Shown: piece by piece, positions 1 through 10,050 of the stretch
Numbering within the stretch: the first letter of the stretch is position 1
Layout: the number at the start of each line of letters is the position of its first letter
NCBI GenBank assembly: GCA_964509765.1
Contig: CAZDYI010000049.1
Location: 3,405-67,404 of the forward strand
DNA length: 64,000 nt
Reading direction: 5' to 3'
From: an uncultured Gammaproteobacteria bacterium
Lineage (GTDB): Bacteria > Pseudomonadota > Gammaproteobacteria > Tethybacterales > Tethybacteraceae
The notes under the pieces: model-generated
Database searches by the model: none
Told to the model about the DNA's origin: nothing
Seen by the model: the letters and a program-made list of their open reading frames with translations, nothing else
Position numbers and translations under genes: made by a program

Positions 1-21
1 GGCTGTTACTAGGAGGAAAAA

Positions 22-2055
22 ATGCAAAGCAGAAATACAGGCGCCGTGGTCGCAGGCGTGGTGGCGGGCGGTGTGTCCGCGCTGGTCGCCGGCGTCGCGC
101 TCGCCGACCGCATTCCGTCCGAGACGCCGATGTCCACGCTGAAGTGGGACCTGATCGGGAAGGACGAGCTGTGGTACTACAAGGCCCTTCCGAGTTACTC
201 TGAGGCTCCGATCCTGGCCGACGCGGTAAGCGCCGGCAAGCTTCCCCCCGTCAAGGACCGCCTTCCGGACGAGCCGCTGGTCTTCGCGACCGGCGCGATG
301 TCCGACGGCGTCGGCGAGTACGGCGGCGTTTTCCGCCACGTGATCGGCGGGCGTCCCGAGGGCTGGAACTGGATGGCGGGCCTGCACCAGGGCTGGGGCG
401 GGATAAACATCACCATGCAGGAGTGCCTGGTCCGGGTCGGCCCGCTGTGGCAGGTCAAGCCCGAGGAGCAGGACGGCCCGCTGCCGAACCTGGCGAAGTC
501 GTGGTCGTGGAGCGGCGACCGCCGGGAGCTGACTCTTAACCTCATCGAGGGCGCGAAGTGGTCCGACGGCGACCCGTTCGACACCGATGACATCGAGTTC
601 TGGTGGGAGGACAACGTACAGGACCCGAACGTCCCGTCGCGGATGGACGTCAACGGGATGGGCGAGGGCACCCGCATGGAGGTCACCGGCCCGTACTCGT
701 TCAAGTTCGTCTTCAGCGAGCCACAGGGACCCGCGCGCGTCGCGACGCTCGCGTACATCCAGGGCTGCCCGGGCCCGAGCCACGTGCTCAAGCCGCAGCA
801 CCCGAAGTACTCGAGCAACTCGTACGACGACTACATCAACATCATGCCCGCCGAGGGCAACAACGGCGACATCGACGTCCCGGTGATGGGGATGTTCGTG
901 CCGGTGCTGCACAGGCCCGACGAGATCGTGGTCATGCGCCGCAACCCGTACTACTGGAAGGTGGACGAGCGGGGCCAGCAGCTGCCGTACCTCAACGAGA
1001 TGCACTTCAAGCTGTCTACCTGGTCCGACCGGACCACCCAGGCGGTGGCGGGAACCGGCGACTTCTCGAACATGGAGAACCCGGGCAACTACGTCGAGGC
1101 GCTCAAGCAGTCGCAGGCTGCCGACAGCCCGACGCAGGCGAACTTCGGCTCGCGCGCGCTCGGCTGGAACATCGAGATCAACCTGTCCGAGACCGTCGGG
1201 GTCAACTCCGACCACGACCGCAACCTGCGGGCGCTGTTCCGCGAGCGCGACTTCCGCGAGGCGATCAGCCGCGCGATCGACCGCGTCGCGGTGGGACAGT
1301 CCGTCGCCAGGGGTCCGTTCACCCACCCGTGGGCGGGCGGCTTCACCTCGGGCTCGCCGTACTACAACGAGGACGTGATCACGTTCTACGGCTTCGACAA
1401 GGACCGGGCGAACTCGATCCTTGACGGCATGGGCCTGTACGACACCGACGGCGACGGCATCCGCAACCTCGCGGACGGCGGCGAGAACCTCGAGATCGAC
1501 ATGTGGTACGACACCTCGGAGCCGACCGACAAGAAGCAGGCCGACGCCGTGGTCGCGATGCTCGGCGAGGTCGGGATCAACCTGATCCTCAACCCCACCG
1601 ACGACATCGACCCGCCGGCGCGCTCGGGAACCTACAACTTCCTGCTCCGCCGCAACCACTGGCTGATCCCGACCCGCGAGACGATCCGGTACATCCCGGT
1701 CTCGCCGAACGGCCCGGGCTTCCACCTCGAGGACGAGAACGGCGAGCGCAAGCTGTTCGGCTTCGAGAACCAGATCCTGCGCGCGTACGAGACCTTCTCG
1801 TCCTCGTGGAACCAGGACGAGGTGGTCGCCGCGGCCAACGAGATCAACAAGCTGTGGACCGAGAACATCTACACGATCGGCCTGATCCAGGCGCCGGCCG
1901 CGCTATTGGTCAACAAGCGGATCAAGAACGCCCACCCCGGCGTTCCGGTGTTCATGTTCGAGTGGGCCGAGGACTCGCTGGTGCGCGAGCGCCTGTGGAC
2001 CCCGAAGGGCGACCAGCTCGACGAGCTGCTGCCCGACGTCGTCCCGCACATATAG
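22..2055 (+). CDS. ABC transporter substrate-binding protein, family 5 (peptide/nickel/opine type), 677 aa
   Basis: AGGAGG lies 5 nt upstream of the ATG. The N-terminus has a hydrophobic signal/anchor (AVVAGVVAGGVSALVAGVALA). Size fits the family, and it is the first gene of an operon with DppB/DppC-like permeases and a fused double ATPase. Confidence 0.8.
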   Translation: MQSRNTGAVVAGVVAGGVSALVAGVALADRIPSETPMSTLKWDLIGKDELWYYKALPSYSEAPILADAVSAGKLPPVKDRLPDEPLVFATGAMSDGVGEYGGVFRHVIGGRPEGWNWMAGLHQGWGGINITMQECLVRVGPLWQVKPEEQDGPLPNLAKSWSWSGDRRELTLNLIEGAKWSDGDPFDTDDIEFWWEDNVQDPNVPSRMDVNGMGEGTRMEVTGPYSFKFVFSEPQGPARVATLAYIQGCPGPSHVLKPQHPKYSSNSYDDYINIMPAEGNNGDIDVPVMGMFVPVLHRPDEIVVMRRNPYYWKVDERGQQLPYLNEMHFKLSTWSDRTTQAVAGTGDFSNMENPGNYVEALKQSQAADSPTQANFGSRALGWNIEINLSETVGVNSDHDRNLRALFRERDFREAISRAIDRVAVGQSVARGPFTHPWAGGFTSGSPYYNEDVITFYGFDKDRANSILDGMGLYDTDGDGIRNLADGGENLEIDMWYDTSEPTDKKQADAVVAMLGEVGINLILNPTDDIDPPARSGTYNFLLRRNHWLIPTRETIRYIPVSPNGPGFHLEDENGERKLFGFENQILRAYETFSSSWNQDEVVAAANEINKLWTENIYTIGLIQAPAALLVNKRIKNAHPGVPVFMFEWAEDSLVRERLWTPKGDQLDELLPDVVPHI

Positions 2056-2101
2056 GGAAGGGCGCGGACACGGCTTTCCCCGGCCGCAAGAGGGGACAGG
2101 C

Positions 2102-2148
2102 AAGCCGCCGGACCGGCCGACAGGGGCAGGTCCGGCGGCTTCATTTTT
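2102..2148 (+). terminator. Intrinsic terminator/attenuator between the binding-protein and permease genes
   Basis: A 13-bp perfect stem AAGCCGCCGGACC / GGTCCGGCGGCTT with a 14-nt loop is followed by CATTTTTAA. Confidence 0.6.
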
Positions 2149-2182
2149 AAGGCACGGGGGAGAAGGTCCGGGGCAATAGGCT

Positions 2183-3208
2183 GTGCTCGGCTTCCTGGAG
2201 TTCCTCGGCAAGAGGGTCCTTGCGACGGTCCCGCTGCTGGTCGGGATATCGTTCGTCTCGTTCTCGATAATCTACGCGGTCCCCGGGGACTACGTGGACA
2301 CCTGGATCTCGCGCACCGCGGCGTTCACCGGGCAGACCATCGAGGAGCTCGAGCCGCAGGCCGAGGCGCTGCGCAGGAAGTACGGACTCGACAAGCCCTT
2401 TTTGCAGCAGTACGGCTCCTGGCTGTGGGGGATAGTCTCCGAGGGCGACTTCGGGCCCTCGTTCAGCCAGTCGCGCGAGGTCGCGGACGTGATGAGCCAG
2501 AGGCTCGGGCGGACGCTGCTTCTCGCGGTCATCACGCTCGTGATCGGCCAGGTCACGGGCGCGCTGCTCGGGATCTACGCGGCGCTCAACCAGTACAAGA
2601 TCGGCGACGTCGCCGCGACCGTGCTCGCCTTCACCGGGATAACGATACCGAAGTTCGTCATCTCGCTGATCATCCTCTACTTCATGGCGTTCGTCTTCCA
2701 CTCGCCGTACATCGGGGCCTTGCTCTCGCCGCAGTACCAGATCGCCGACGAGATCACCTGGGGGATGGTCGGAAACTACTTCCTGCACGTCTGGCCGGTC
2801 ATCCTGATCTCGGTCTGGGCGGGCCAGGCATACACGCTGCGGATGATGCGCGGAAACCTGCTTGACACGATGAACCGGCAGTACGTCGAGACCGCCAGGG
2901 CAAAGGGGCTGTCGAACGGCAAGGTGATCTTCCTGCACGCGGTCCCCAACGCGCTGCACCCGATCATCATGAACCAGGGCGCGCGCTTCGACTACATGGT
3001 CAAGGGCGAGATCGAGATCGCGATCGTGCTCGGCATACCGACGATCGGCCCGCTGATCCTCAACGCGGTCTACCAGCGCGACAGCTACCTGGTCGCGGCG
3101 ATCTTCCTCGCGGTCGCGGTCCTGCTCGTGATCGGCAACCTGATCGCGGACCTGCTGCTCGCGCTGCTCGACCCCCGCGTGCGGCACGCGACTATGAGGC
3201 AGCACTGA
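2183..3208 (+). CDS. ABC transporter permease (DppB/OppB-like), 341 aa
   Basis: GTG start and multi-TM hydrophobic profile. The N-terminus (MLGFLEFLGKRVLATVPLLVGISF) and operon position are typical of peptide-type permease 1. Confidence 0.85.
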   Translation: MLGFLEFLGKRVLATVPLLVGISFVSFSIIYAVPGDYVDTWISRTAAFTGQTIEELEPQAEALRRKYGLDKPFLQQYGSWLWGIVSEGDFGPSFSQSREVADVMSQRLGRTLLLAVITLVIGQVTGALLGIYAALNQYKIGDVAATVLAFTGITIPKFVISLIILYFMAFVFHSPYIGALLSPQYQIADEITWGMVGNYFLHVWPVILISVWAGQAYTLRMMRGNLLDTMNRQYVETARAKGLSNGKVIFLHAVPNALHPIIMNQGARFDYMVKGEIEIAIVLGIPTIGPLILNAVYQRDSYLVAAIFLAVAVLLVIGNLIADLLLALLDPRVRHATMRQH

Positions 3209-4347
3209 TGGCGGCGGAGGCAGCGGTCGACTCGGGAGGTGCGGGTCCTGCGGAGGAGCGGCGCACCTCGCTCACGTACTGGCAGCTCGTCCGGCGAAGG
3301 CTCGCGGCCAACCGCTATGCGATGACCGGCCTCGTGCTGGTCGTCGCGATCCTCGCGATCGGGATCTTCAACCCGTTCCTGACCCCGTACTCGCCGCTGA
3401 CGAACAACACCGACCGGCAGTACTACCCGCCGCAGGGGATCAACTGGATCTACACCGACGGCGAGTTCCACCTGCGGCCGTTCGTCTACGGCCTGACCGA
3501 GGTGATGGACCCGGTCACCTTCGAGTTCAGCCACGAGAACAACCCCGAGGAGAGGTTCCCGGTGCGGTTCTTCACCGAGGGCGACGAGTGGACCTTCCTC
3601 GGTATCGAGGGCAGCACGCGGCTGTTCGGTGTGGACACGGAGGCCGGCCACTACATGCACCTGCTCGGGACCGACAACCTCGGCCGCGACGTCTTCAGCC
3701 GGATGCTCGCGGGCACGACCATCACGCTCCTGATGGCGTTCACGGTCGTGCTGCTTTCAGCTGTGATCGGCCTTGCCGTGGGCCTGTGCGCGGGCTACTT
3801 CGCCGGGACATTCGACCTGGTCTCTCAGCGGATAACCGAGTTCATCCAGTCCTTCCCGGACCTGCCGCTGTACCTCGCGCTGCTCGCGCTGCTGCCGACG
3901 AGGGCGGACAAGACGGTGGTGTTTTTGATGTTCGCGGGCATCCTCGTCCTGCTCCGGTGGGCGCCGTTCTCGCGCGAGATCCGCGGGATGGTGTTCGCGA
4001 TCCGGGGGATGGACTACGTGCGCTCTGCGGTCGCGGTCGGCGCGAGCAGGACCCGGATCCTGGTCCGCCACATCCTGCCGAACACATTGACCCAGGTGAT
4101 CGTCTGGGTGACCTACGCCTTCCCGGAGATCATCCTGCTCGAGACCTTCCTGTCGTTCCTGGGCGTCGGCATCCAGCAGCCGCAGATCTCCTGGGGGCTG
4201 ATGCTCAACCAGATCCTCGACTTCCAGTCCTTCGGCGCTGCGCCGTGGATGATGTCGCCGGTGGTGATGATAGTCCTGTCGGTGTTCGCCTTCAACGCCT
4301 TCGGCGACGGGCTGCGCGACGCGATCGACCCCTACCACGATGTCTGA
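3208..4347 (+). CDS. ABC transporter permease (DppC/OppC-like), 379 aa
   Basis: The ATG overlaps the upstream stop (TGATG). There is an N-terminal TM, then a long loop, then a permease core. Confidence 0.85.
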   Translation: MAAEAAVDSGGAGPAEERRTSLTYWQLVRRRLAANRYAMTGLVLVVAILAIGIFNPFLTPYSPLTNNTDRQYYPPQGINWIYTDGEFHLRPFVYGLTEVMDPVTFEFSHENNPEERFPVRFFTEGDEWTFLGIEGSTRLFGVDTEAGHYMHLLGTDNLGRDVFSRMLAGTTITLLMAFTVVLLSAVIGLAVGLCAGYFAGTFDLVSQRITEFIQSFPDLPLYLALLALLPTRADKTVVFLMFAGILVLLRWAPFSREIRGMVFAIRGMDYVRSAVAVGASRTRILVRHILPNTLTQVIVWVTYAFPEIILLETFLSFLGVGIQQPQISWGLMLNQILDFQSFGAAPWMMSPVVMIVLSVFAFNAFGDGLRDAIDPYHDV

Positions 4348-6004
4348 GTCGGCGGCGGGGGGTAACGGCGCGGCGCGCCCGCTGCTAGTCGCGGAGGGCG
4401 TCGACGTCAGGTTCCCTTTGATCGACCACACCCTGCATGCGGTCAAGGGGGTGGACCTTATGATCGAGCGCGGCAAGACGACGGCCCTCGTCGGCGAGAG
4501 CGGATCGGGCAAGTCGGTCACGGCAAGGGCGATCATGCGCATGCTGCCCGAGCGCGCGCAGATCGACCCCAAGATAAGGGTCGAGCTCGCCGGCGACGAC
4601 CTGATGGCGCTCGACGAGCTCGAGATGCAGAAGGTGCGCGGCAACCGGATCACGATGATCTTCCAGGAGCCGATGACGAGCCTCAACCCGCTGTACACCA
4701 TCGGCAGCCAGATCGTCGAGGTGATCAGGGCACACCGCGACATCGACAAGAAGGAGGCGACGGCCGAGGCCCTGCAGCTGCTCAAGGAGGTGCACATCCC
4801 GCAGCCCGAGGCGCGCCTGCGGCAGTACCCCCACCAGCTGTCGGGCGGCCAGCGCCAGCGCGTGATGATCGCGATCGCGATCGCGAACAAGCCGGAGCTC
4901 CTTATCGCCGACGAGCCGACGACGGCGCTCGACGTCACCGTCCAGGCGCAGATCCTCAAGCTGATCAAGGAGCTCCAGGACAAGTACGGGATGGCGGTCC
5001 TGTTGATCACGCACAACCTGACGGTGGTCGAGCAGACCGCGGACTTCGTCTGCGTGATGCGCCACGGCGAGATAGTCGAGCGGGGGCAGACCAAGGGGAT
5101 CTTCTCGGACCCGAAGCACCCCTACACGATCCACCTCATCGAGAGCGAGCCGAGCGGCGAGCCGGACCCGCTCCCTGCGGACGCCGGCGAGATCGTCCGC
5201 GGCGACGCGATCAAGGTCCGCTACCAGCTGGTGACCGGGAGCATGTTCAACCGGAAGAAGGTCGAGCTGATGGCGGTCAACGACGTGAGCCTCGAGGTCC
5301 GCAAGGGCGAGACGCTCGGCATCGTCGGCGAGTCGGGATCGGGAAAGACCACGCTCGGGATGACGCTGATCCGCCTCAACGAGGCGACCGCCGGCGAGGT
5401 GCGCTTCTGCGGCAAGCGGATCGACGACCTGAGCCACAAGGACCTCCTGCCGTACCGGCCGCGCATGCAGGTCGTGTTCCAGGACCCGTTCTCCTCGCTC
5501 AACCCGCGGATGATCGTCCGGCAGATCATCGCCGAGGGCCTGATAGTCAACAACCTGTGCAAGACCGGCAAGGAGGTGACCGAGCGCGTGGCGCGCGCGC
5601 TGCGCGAGGTGCGCATGGAGCCGGAGATGATGGACCGCTTTCCGCACGAGTTCTCCGGCGGGCAGCGGCAGCGCATCGCGATCGCGCGGATGATCGCGAT
5701 GGACCCCGAGTTCGTTGTCCTCGACGAGCCGACCTCGGCGCTCGACCTGTCGATCCAGGCGCAGATCATCGACCTGCTCCGCGAGCTGCGGCGCAACCAC
5801 AGCCTGAGCTTCGTTTTCATCAGCCACGACCTCAAGGTGATCAAGGCGCTCTGCCACCGGGTGATGGTCATGGAGCACGGCGTGGTGGTCGAGGCCGGGC
5901 CGACCAAGGAGGTCCTCGAGAGCCCCAAGGAGGAGTACACCGCCCGCCTGGTCGAGGCGGCGTTCAAGGTCATACCCCGGGAGGAATGGGAGGAGGCCGC
6001 CTAG
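4340..6004 (+). CDS. Fused double ABC ATP-binding protein (DppD/DppF-like halves), 554 aa
   Basis: Two Walker A motifs (GESGSGKS, GESGSGKT), two LSGGQRQR signatures and two Walker B motifs (LLIADEPT, FVVLDEPT). The start overlaps the upstream gene end. Confidence 0.9.
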   Translation: MSESAAGGNGAARPLLVAEGVDVRFPLIDHTLHAVKGVDLMIERGKTTALVGESGSGKSVTARAIMRMLPERAQIDPKIRVELAGDDLMALDELEMQKVRGNRITMIFQEPMTSLNPLYTIGSQIVEVIRAHRDIDKKEATAEALQLLKEVHIPQPEARLRQYPHQLSGGQRQRVMIAIAIANKPELLIADEPTTALDVTVQAQILKLIKELQDKYGMAVLLITHNLTVVEQTADFVCVMRHGEIVERGQTKGIFSDPKHPYTIHLIESEPSGEPDPLPADAGEIVRGDAIKVRYQLVTGSMFNRKKVELMAVNDVSLEVRKGETLGIVGESGSGKTTLGMTLIRLNEATAGEVRFCGKRIDDLSHKDLLPYRPRMQVVFQDPFSSLNPRMIVRQIIAEGLIVNNLCKTGKEVTERVARALREVRMEPEMMDRFPHEFSGGQRQRIAIARMIAMDPEFVVLDEPTSALDLSIQAQIIDLLRELRRNHSLSFVFISHDLKVIKALCHRVMVMEHGVVVEAGPTKEVLESPKEEYTARLVEAAFKVIPREEWEEAA

Positions 6005-6120
6005 GCCGGGCGCCGCGTCCAATGGTCGAGGAGATCAGTAACCCCCGGGGCAGGAGTCCGGCGCCGCTGGCGGCCATGCGGATAAAATGCGGAGCAGGAC
6101 TGAACTGACGGAGGATTGAC

Positions 6121-7467
6121 ATGTCCGGCAACCGAACTCTCGCCGCGCTCTGCGCAGCCTCCCTGGCCTTCGGGCCGGGATTCGCCGCAGCGGACACGAT
6201 CCGCTTCTGGACCACCGAGGACCTGCCTGACCGCATGGCCAAGCAGGAGGCGATGGCCTAGGCGTTCAAGGAGAAGACCGGGCACGAGGTCGAGGTGATA
6301 CCCGTGTCCGAGCCCGACCTCGGCCAGCGCGCCACCGCTGCGTACGCTGCGGACGACCTGCCCGACGTCATCTACCACACGCTGCAGTACGTCCTGCCGT
6401 GGGCCGAGGCCGGCATCCTCGACGTCGAGACCAACGACGACGTCGTGCAGCGACTCGGCGAGGGGACGTTCGCGCCCGGGGCTGTGGGGATGGCGAGGTT
6501 CGACGGCCAGGTCGCCGCGGTCCCGGTCGACGGCTGGACGCAGATGCTCGTCTACCGCAAGGACCTGTTCGACGCCGCGGGGCTCCCGGCGCCGGACACC
6601 TACGCGAACATCGAGCGCGCCATCGACGCCCTGCACAGCCCGCCCGGGCTGTACGGCTTCGTCGCTGCGACCAAGGTGGACGAGAACTTCATGAGCCAGG
6701 TCCTCGAGCACGTCTTCCTGGCGAACGGCGTCACGCCGGTCGACGGCAACGGCTTCCGCGACCTCGACGAGAAAGCCACGATCGAGGTCCTTGAGTTCTA
6801 CAAGAAGCTCGCTGACGCCTCGCCGCCGGGCGAGCTCTACTGGCAGCAGTCGCGCGAGCTGTACTTTGCGGGCAAGGCCGCGATGATCATCTGGTCGCCG
6901 TTCATCCTCGACGAGCTCGCCGGCCTGCGCGACTCGGCCCCGCCGACGATCAACGACGACCCGACCTCGCCCGAGCTCGCAGGAAAGACCGACGTGGTCA
7001 CCTCCTTCAGCGGCCCGTCGAACAGCGCCGGCGCGGCCTGGGCCGACATCCGCTACTTCGGGGTGACCTCGTCGGCCAACACCGACGTCGCCGCGGCCTT
7101 CGTGGAGTTCGCAATGGACGAGGAGTACATGAAGACCCTGTCGATCGCGCCGGAGGGCAAGTTCCCCGTGCGGCGCGGAACCGCCTCGGACCCGGAGAGG
7201 TTCGTTGAGGCCTGGTCGAAGCTTCCCGTGGGCGTCGACCGCAAGGCGCCCCTGTCCGAGCTCTACCCCGAGGAGACGATTGCCCGGATAGTCGCGGGCC
7301 TCGAGCAGGCCGCGCGCTGGGGCGTCAGGGAGGGCCAGCTCTCGCTCGCGTCCAAGATCATCAACAGCCAGGCGATCAACCGCATCGTCCGCCAGTACAT
7401 CGACGGCGAGATCGACGGCAAGGCCGCTGTCGGCCGGCTCAACAGCGAGCTTTCCAAGATAGGCTAG
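6121..7467 (+). pseudogene. CUT1-type sugar ABC substrate-binding protein interrupted by an in-frame TAG (6259-6261)
   Basis: GGAGGA lies 5 nt upstream of ATG 6121. The frame encodes a signal peptide (MSGNRTLAALCAASLAFGPGFAAAD), then TIRFWTTEDLPDRMAKQEAMA, then TAG. It continues in the same frame (AFKEKTGHEVEVIPVSE...) into the 390-aa ORF 6295-7467. Confidence 0.7.
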
Positions 7468-7527
7468 CGGGCCGCAGGCCCGCGCCAGGCCGCGGGACCC
7501 AAGGCCTGGAACGGGGAAGAGGGGCCG

Positions 7528-8823
7528 ATGCCCGCGGAAGCAGCAGGCCCTCCCGGCGTTGCCGTCCCCCCGCAGGGGACGGGGCAGCTGGCCCGGCGCG
7601 AGAGGCGCCTCGCCTACGCCTTCCTGCTGCCGACGATCCTGATTGTCCTGGCGATCGTCCTCGGGCCGCTTCTCGCGAACGTCTGGATCTCGGTCAAGTC
7701 GGTCAGGCTGGCCGACCTGCGCCCGCCGACTCTGTTCGTCAACGAGCGCATGCGGGGCAGCCCCGTGGCCGCGGGCGACGCCGCGACGCTCCAGTACCGG
7801 CTGCGCAACTCCTCCCAGGACCGGCCGCTCGAGGACGCCTCGTTCGCCGACAGGGTCCCCAACGGGCTCCGGGTCGTCTCGCACGACTCCCGCTGCGCGC
7901 TCGAGGGCCGCGACATCCGCTGCGGCATCGGCTCCGTGGCGCCGGGGCAGCGACTGACGGTCGCAGTCGAGGCGGTCGTCGAGAGACTGCCGGTCGGCAA
8001 CGTCCGCGACAGCGAGCCGGAGGTGTCTGTCGTCGCGGGCAACGTCCTCACGAGCCTCGAGTTCACCCTCGACAACTTCCGCCTGGTGTTCTCCGCCGAG
8101 GAGTTCTGGGACGTCCTGAGGGTCTCGGTCTACTACACCGTTTTCGGGACGATCGGCGCGCTCGTGCTCGGGCTCTTCGCGGCCCAGATGCTCAACACCG
8201 CCTTCGCCGGCAGGGGGATCCTGCGCGGCCTGTTCCTGTTTCCCTACGTCGCGCCGGTGGTCGCAGTCGCGTTCGCGTGGCTGATCCTCCTCGACCCGTT
8301 CACGGGCTCGGTCAACGCGATGCTCGTGAGCATGGGCGTGACCGACGGGACGATCAACTTTTTCGGCCAGCGGTACGTGGAGGTCGACTTCTTCGGCATG
8401 ACGTTCGAGTTCCCCCTGGCGCTGACGATGGTCATCGCCTTTGAGTCCTGGCGCTACTTCCCGCTGTCCTTCCTGTTCATCCTCGCGCGGATGCAGTCGC
8501 TGTCCCCGGAGCTCTACGAGGCCGCCGATATGGACGGCGCGACCCCGCTGCAGCAGTTCTGGTACATCTCGCTCCCGCAGATCGTCGGGATACTCGCGGT
8601 GCTGTTCCTGCTCCGCTTCATCTGGACCTTCAACAAGTTTGACGACATATTCCTTCTGACCGGCGGGGCAGCGGGCACACGGACGCTTACGGTGAACGTC
8701 TACGAGCAGGCCTTCGCGATCTCCAACCTCGGTGCCGGCGCCGCAGTTGCCGTGGTGATCTTCGCGATCCTGCTTTGCTTCTCGGTTGCGTTCGTAAGGT
8801 ACTCGCCGAAGGACGAGGGATGA
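7528..8823 (+). CDS. Sugar ABC permease (MalF/CUT1 type) with an inserted DUF11-like extracytoplasmic domain, 431 aa
   Basis: TM1 is followed by a ~120-aa insertion (GDAATLQYRLRNSS...VPNGLRVVSHDSRC...IRCGIGSVAPGQRLTVAVEAVV), then a normal 6-TM permease core. Confidence 0.8.
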   Translation: MPAEAAGPPGVAVPPQGTGQLARRERRLAYAFLLPTILIVLAIVLGPLLANVWISVKSVRLADLRPPTLFVNERMRGSPVAAGDAATLQYRLRNSSQDRPLEDASFADRVPNGLRVVSHDSRCALEGRDIRCGIGSVAPGQRLTVAVEAVVERLPVGNVRDSEPEVSVVAGNVLTSLEFTLDNFRLVFSAEEFWDVLRVSVYYTVFGTIGALVLGLFAAQMLNTAFAGRGILRGLFLFPYVAPVVAVAFAWLILLDPFTGSVNAMLVSMGVTDGTINFFGQRYVEVDFFGMTFEFPLALTMVIAFESWRYFPLSFLFILARMQSLSPELYEAADMDGATPLQQFWYISLPQIVGILAVLFLLRFIWTFNKFDDIFLLTGGAAGTRTLTVNVYEQAFAISNLGAGAAVAVVIFAILLCFSVAFVRYSPKDEG

Positions 8824-10046
8824 GCAGGGCTTGGGCATTTGCCGCCGCGGCCCTGTGCGGCTGCGTCTGGGGCGCGACCTGGATGGCGGCGGTCGGGACG
8901 GCCTTCTCGCTGTTCGGCAACGTCGCGCGGCCGCCGGTCGGGGCCGCGGCGCTTGCCGGCGCCGCGGCGGCGGTCGCGGTCCTGCTGTTCCCGCCGGGGC
9001 GCCGCACGCCGGCCCTTGCCGCCGGCTCGTTCCTCCTGGCGCTGTCCGCTCTTGCCGCCGCGACCGGCGGCAGGGTCCTCGGCATAGACCTTTCCGTCGC
9101 GCCGCTGTGGCAGGCCGCCGCCGCGGCGCTCTTCGCCGGGCTGACGGCCTGGTCGCTGTGGCTGTGCCTTGAGGGCTTCGGGCTCAGCAAGGTCACCCGC
9201 CACGCGCTCGAGACCGTCGCGGTGCGGCTGCTCAAGGGCCTCGGCCTCGTGCTGTTCTCGGTTTTCGTCGCGCTTCCGTTCTACGTGATGCTGATGACAA
9301 GCTTCAAGAGCCAGCAGTCGCTCCTGACCGACCCGCTGGACTACTCGATCGATTTCAGCCAGGACGCATCCGAGCTGTTCAGCTCGTACATCGAGCTGTT
9401 CGAGACGTTCAACTTCGGGACCTTCATGCTCAACTCGGCGATCGTATCGGTCGCGACGGTCGCGTGTACCCTGCTGATCGCGGTCCCCGGCGCCTACGCC
9501 GTCGCCCGGCTGCGCTTTCCCGGCCGGGCCTTCCTGAGCCAGTCGATCCTGCTGATCTACATGATTCCGGCGATAGTCCTCGTTATCCCGCTGTACGCTG
9601 TCTTCTCGCAGGCCGGCCTTCGCAACTCGCTTACCGGCCTGCTGATCGTCTACACCGCAACGACGATACCGGTTGCGCTCTACATGCTGCAGGGCTACTT
9701 CAGCGGGCTGCCGACCGAGCTCGAGGAGGCAGGGCTGATGGACGGCCTGCGCCGGATGGGGGTCATAGCCAGGATCACCCTGCCGCTTTCGCTGCCGGCG
9801 CTCGCCTCGGTCGCCTTGTACGTCTTCATGATCGCGTGGAACGAGTTCCTGTTCTCGTTCATGTTCCTGGACGACGTGAGCATATTTACTCTGTCGCGCG
9901 GGGTCGTCGCGCTGAACACCTCGGAGCTTCCGCGCCAGCACCTGATGGCCGGCGCGGTCGTCGCGACCGTCCCGGTGCTGGTGGTCTTCCTCGCATGCGA
10001 GCGGTTTTTGGTCTCCGGCCTCACTGCGGGGAGCGTCAAGGGCTAG
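8820..10046 (+). CDS. Sugar ABC permease (MalG/CUT1 type) with a ~135-aa Ala/Leu-rich multi-TM N-terminal extension
   Basis: ATGA overlap with the upstream stop. The extension keeps G/C-rich third positions. The core starts near RLLKGLGLVLFSVFVALPFYVMLMTSFK. An internal GTG at 9222 is an alternative start. Confidence 0.75.
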   Translation: MSRAWAFAAAALCGCVWGATWMAAVGTAFSLFGNVARPPVGAAALAGAAAAVAVLLFPPGRRTPALAAGSFLLALSALAAATGGRVLGIDLSVAPLWQAAAAALFAGLTAWSLWLCLEGFGLSKVTRHALETVAVRLLKGLGLVLFSVFVALPFYVMLMTSFKSQQSLLTDPLDYSIDFSQDASELFSSYIELFETFNFGTFMLNSAIVSVATVACTLLIAVPGAYAVARLRFPGRAFLSQSILLIYMIPAIVLVIPLYAVFSQAGLRNSLTGLLIVYTATTIPVALYMLQGYFSGLPTELEEAGLMDGLRRMGVIARITLPLSLPALASVALYVFMIAWNEFLFSFMFLDDVSIFTLSRGVVALNTSELPRQHLMAGAVVATVPVLVVFLACERFLVSGLTAGSVKG

Positions 10047-10050
10047 CGGA

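Noticed and set aside
6259-6261. Reading the in-frame TAG in the SBP gene as pyrrolysine or programmed read-through.
   Set aside because: It is a single occurrence. No pyl genes or recoding signals are visible in the window, and the position aligns with an ordinary Lys/Glu/Gln-type residue. A nonsense mutation or a base-call error is simpler. It is kept only as a minor alternative in the finding.
6001-8838. Very long antisense ORFs opposite real genes: 6001-8838 (945 aa), 2147-3205, 4385-6022, 18889-20493, 23054-24622, 43574-45340 and 62327-63913, all on the minus strand. Also several long plus-strand shadows such as 45174-47573.
   Set aside because: Their translations are monotonous Arg/Asp/His/Gly/Pro/Glu-rich strings with no motifs. 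Each overlaps a gene that has clear family signatures, an SD site and the correct GC3 phase. They are typical open shadow frames of high-GC DNA.
9222-9224. The internal GTG as the true start of the MalG-like permease, which would leave 8824-9221 non-coding.
   Set aside because: The upstream 400 nt stay open in frame, keep G/C-rich third positions, encode hydrophobic helices and begin with an ATGA overlap. The long form is preferred, but the short form is not excluded.
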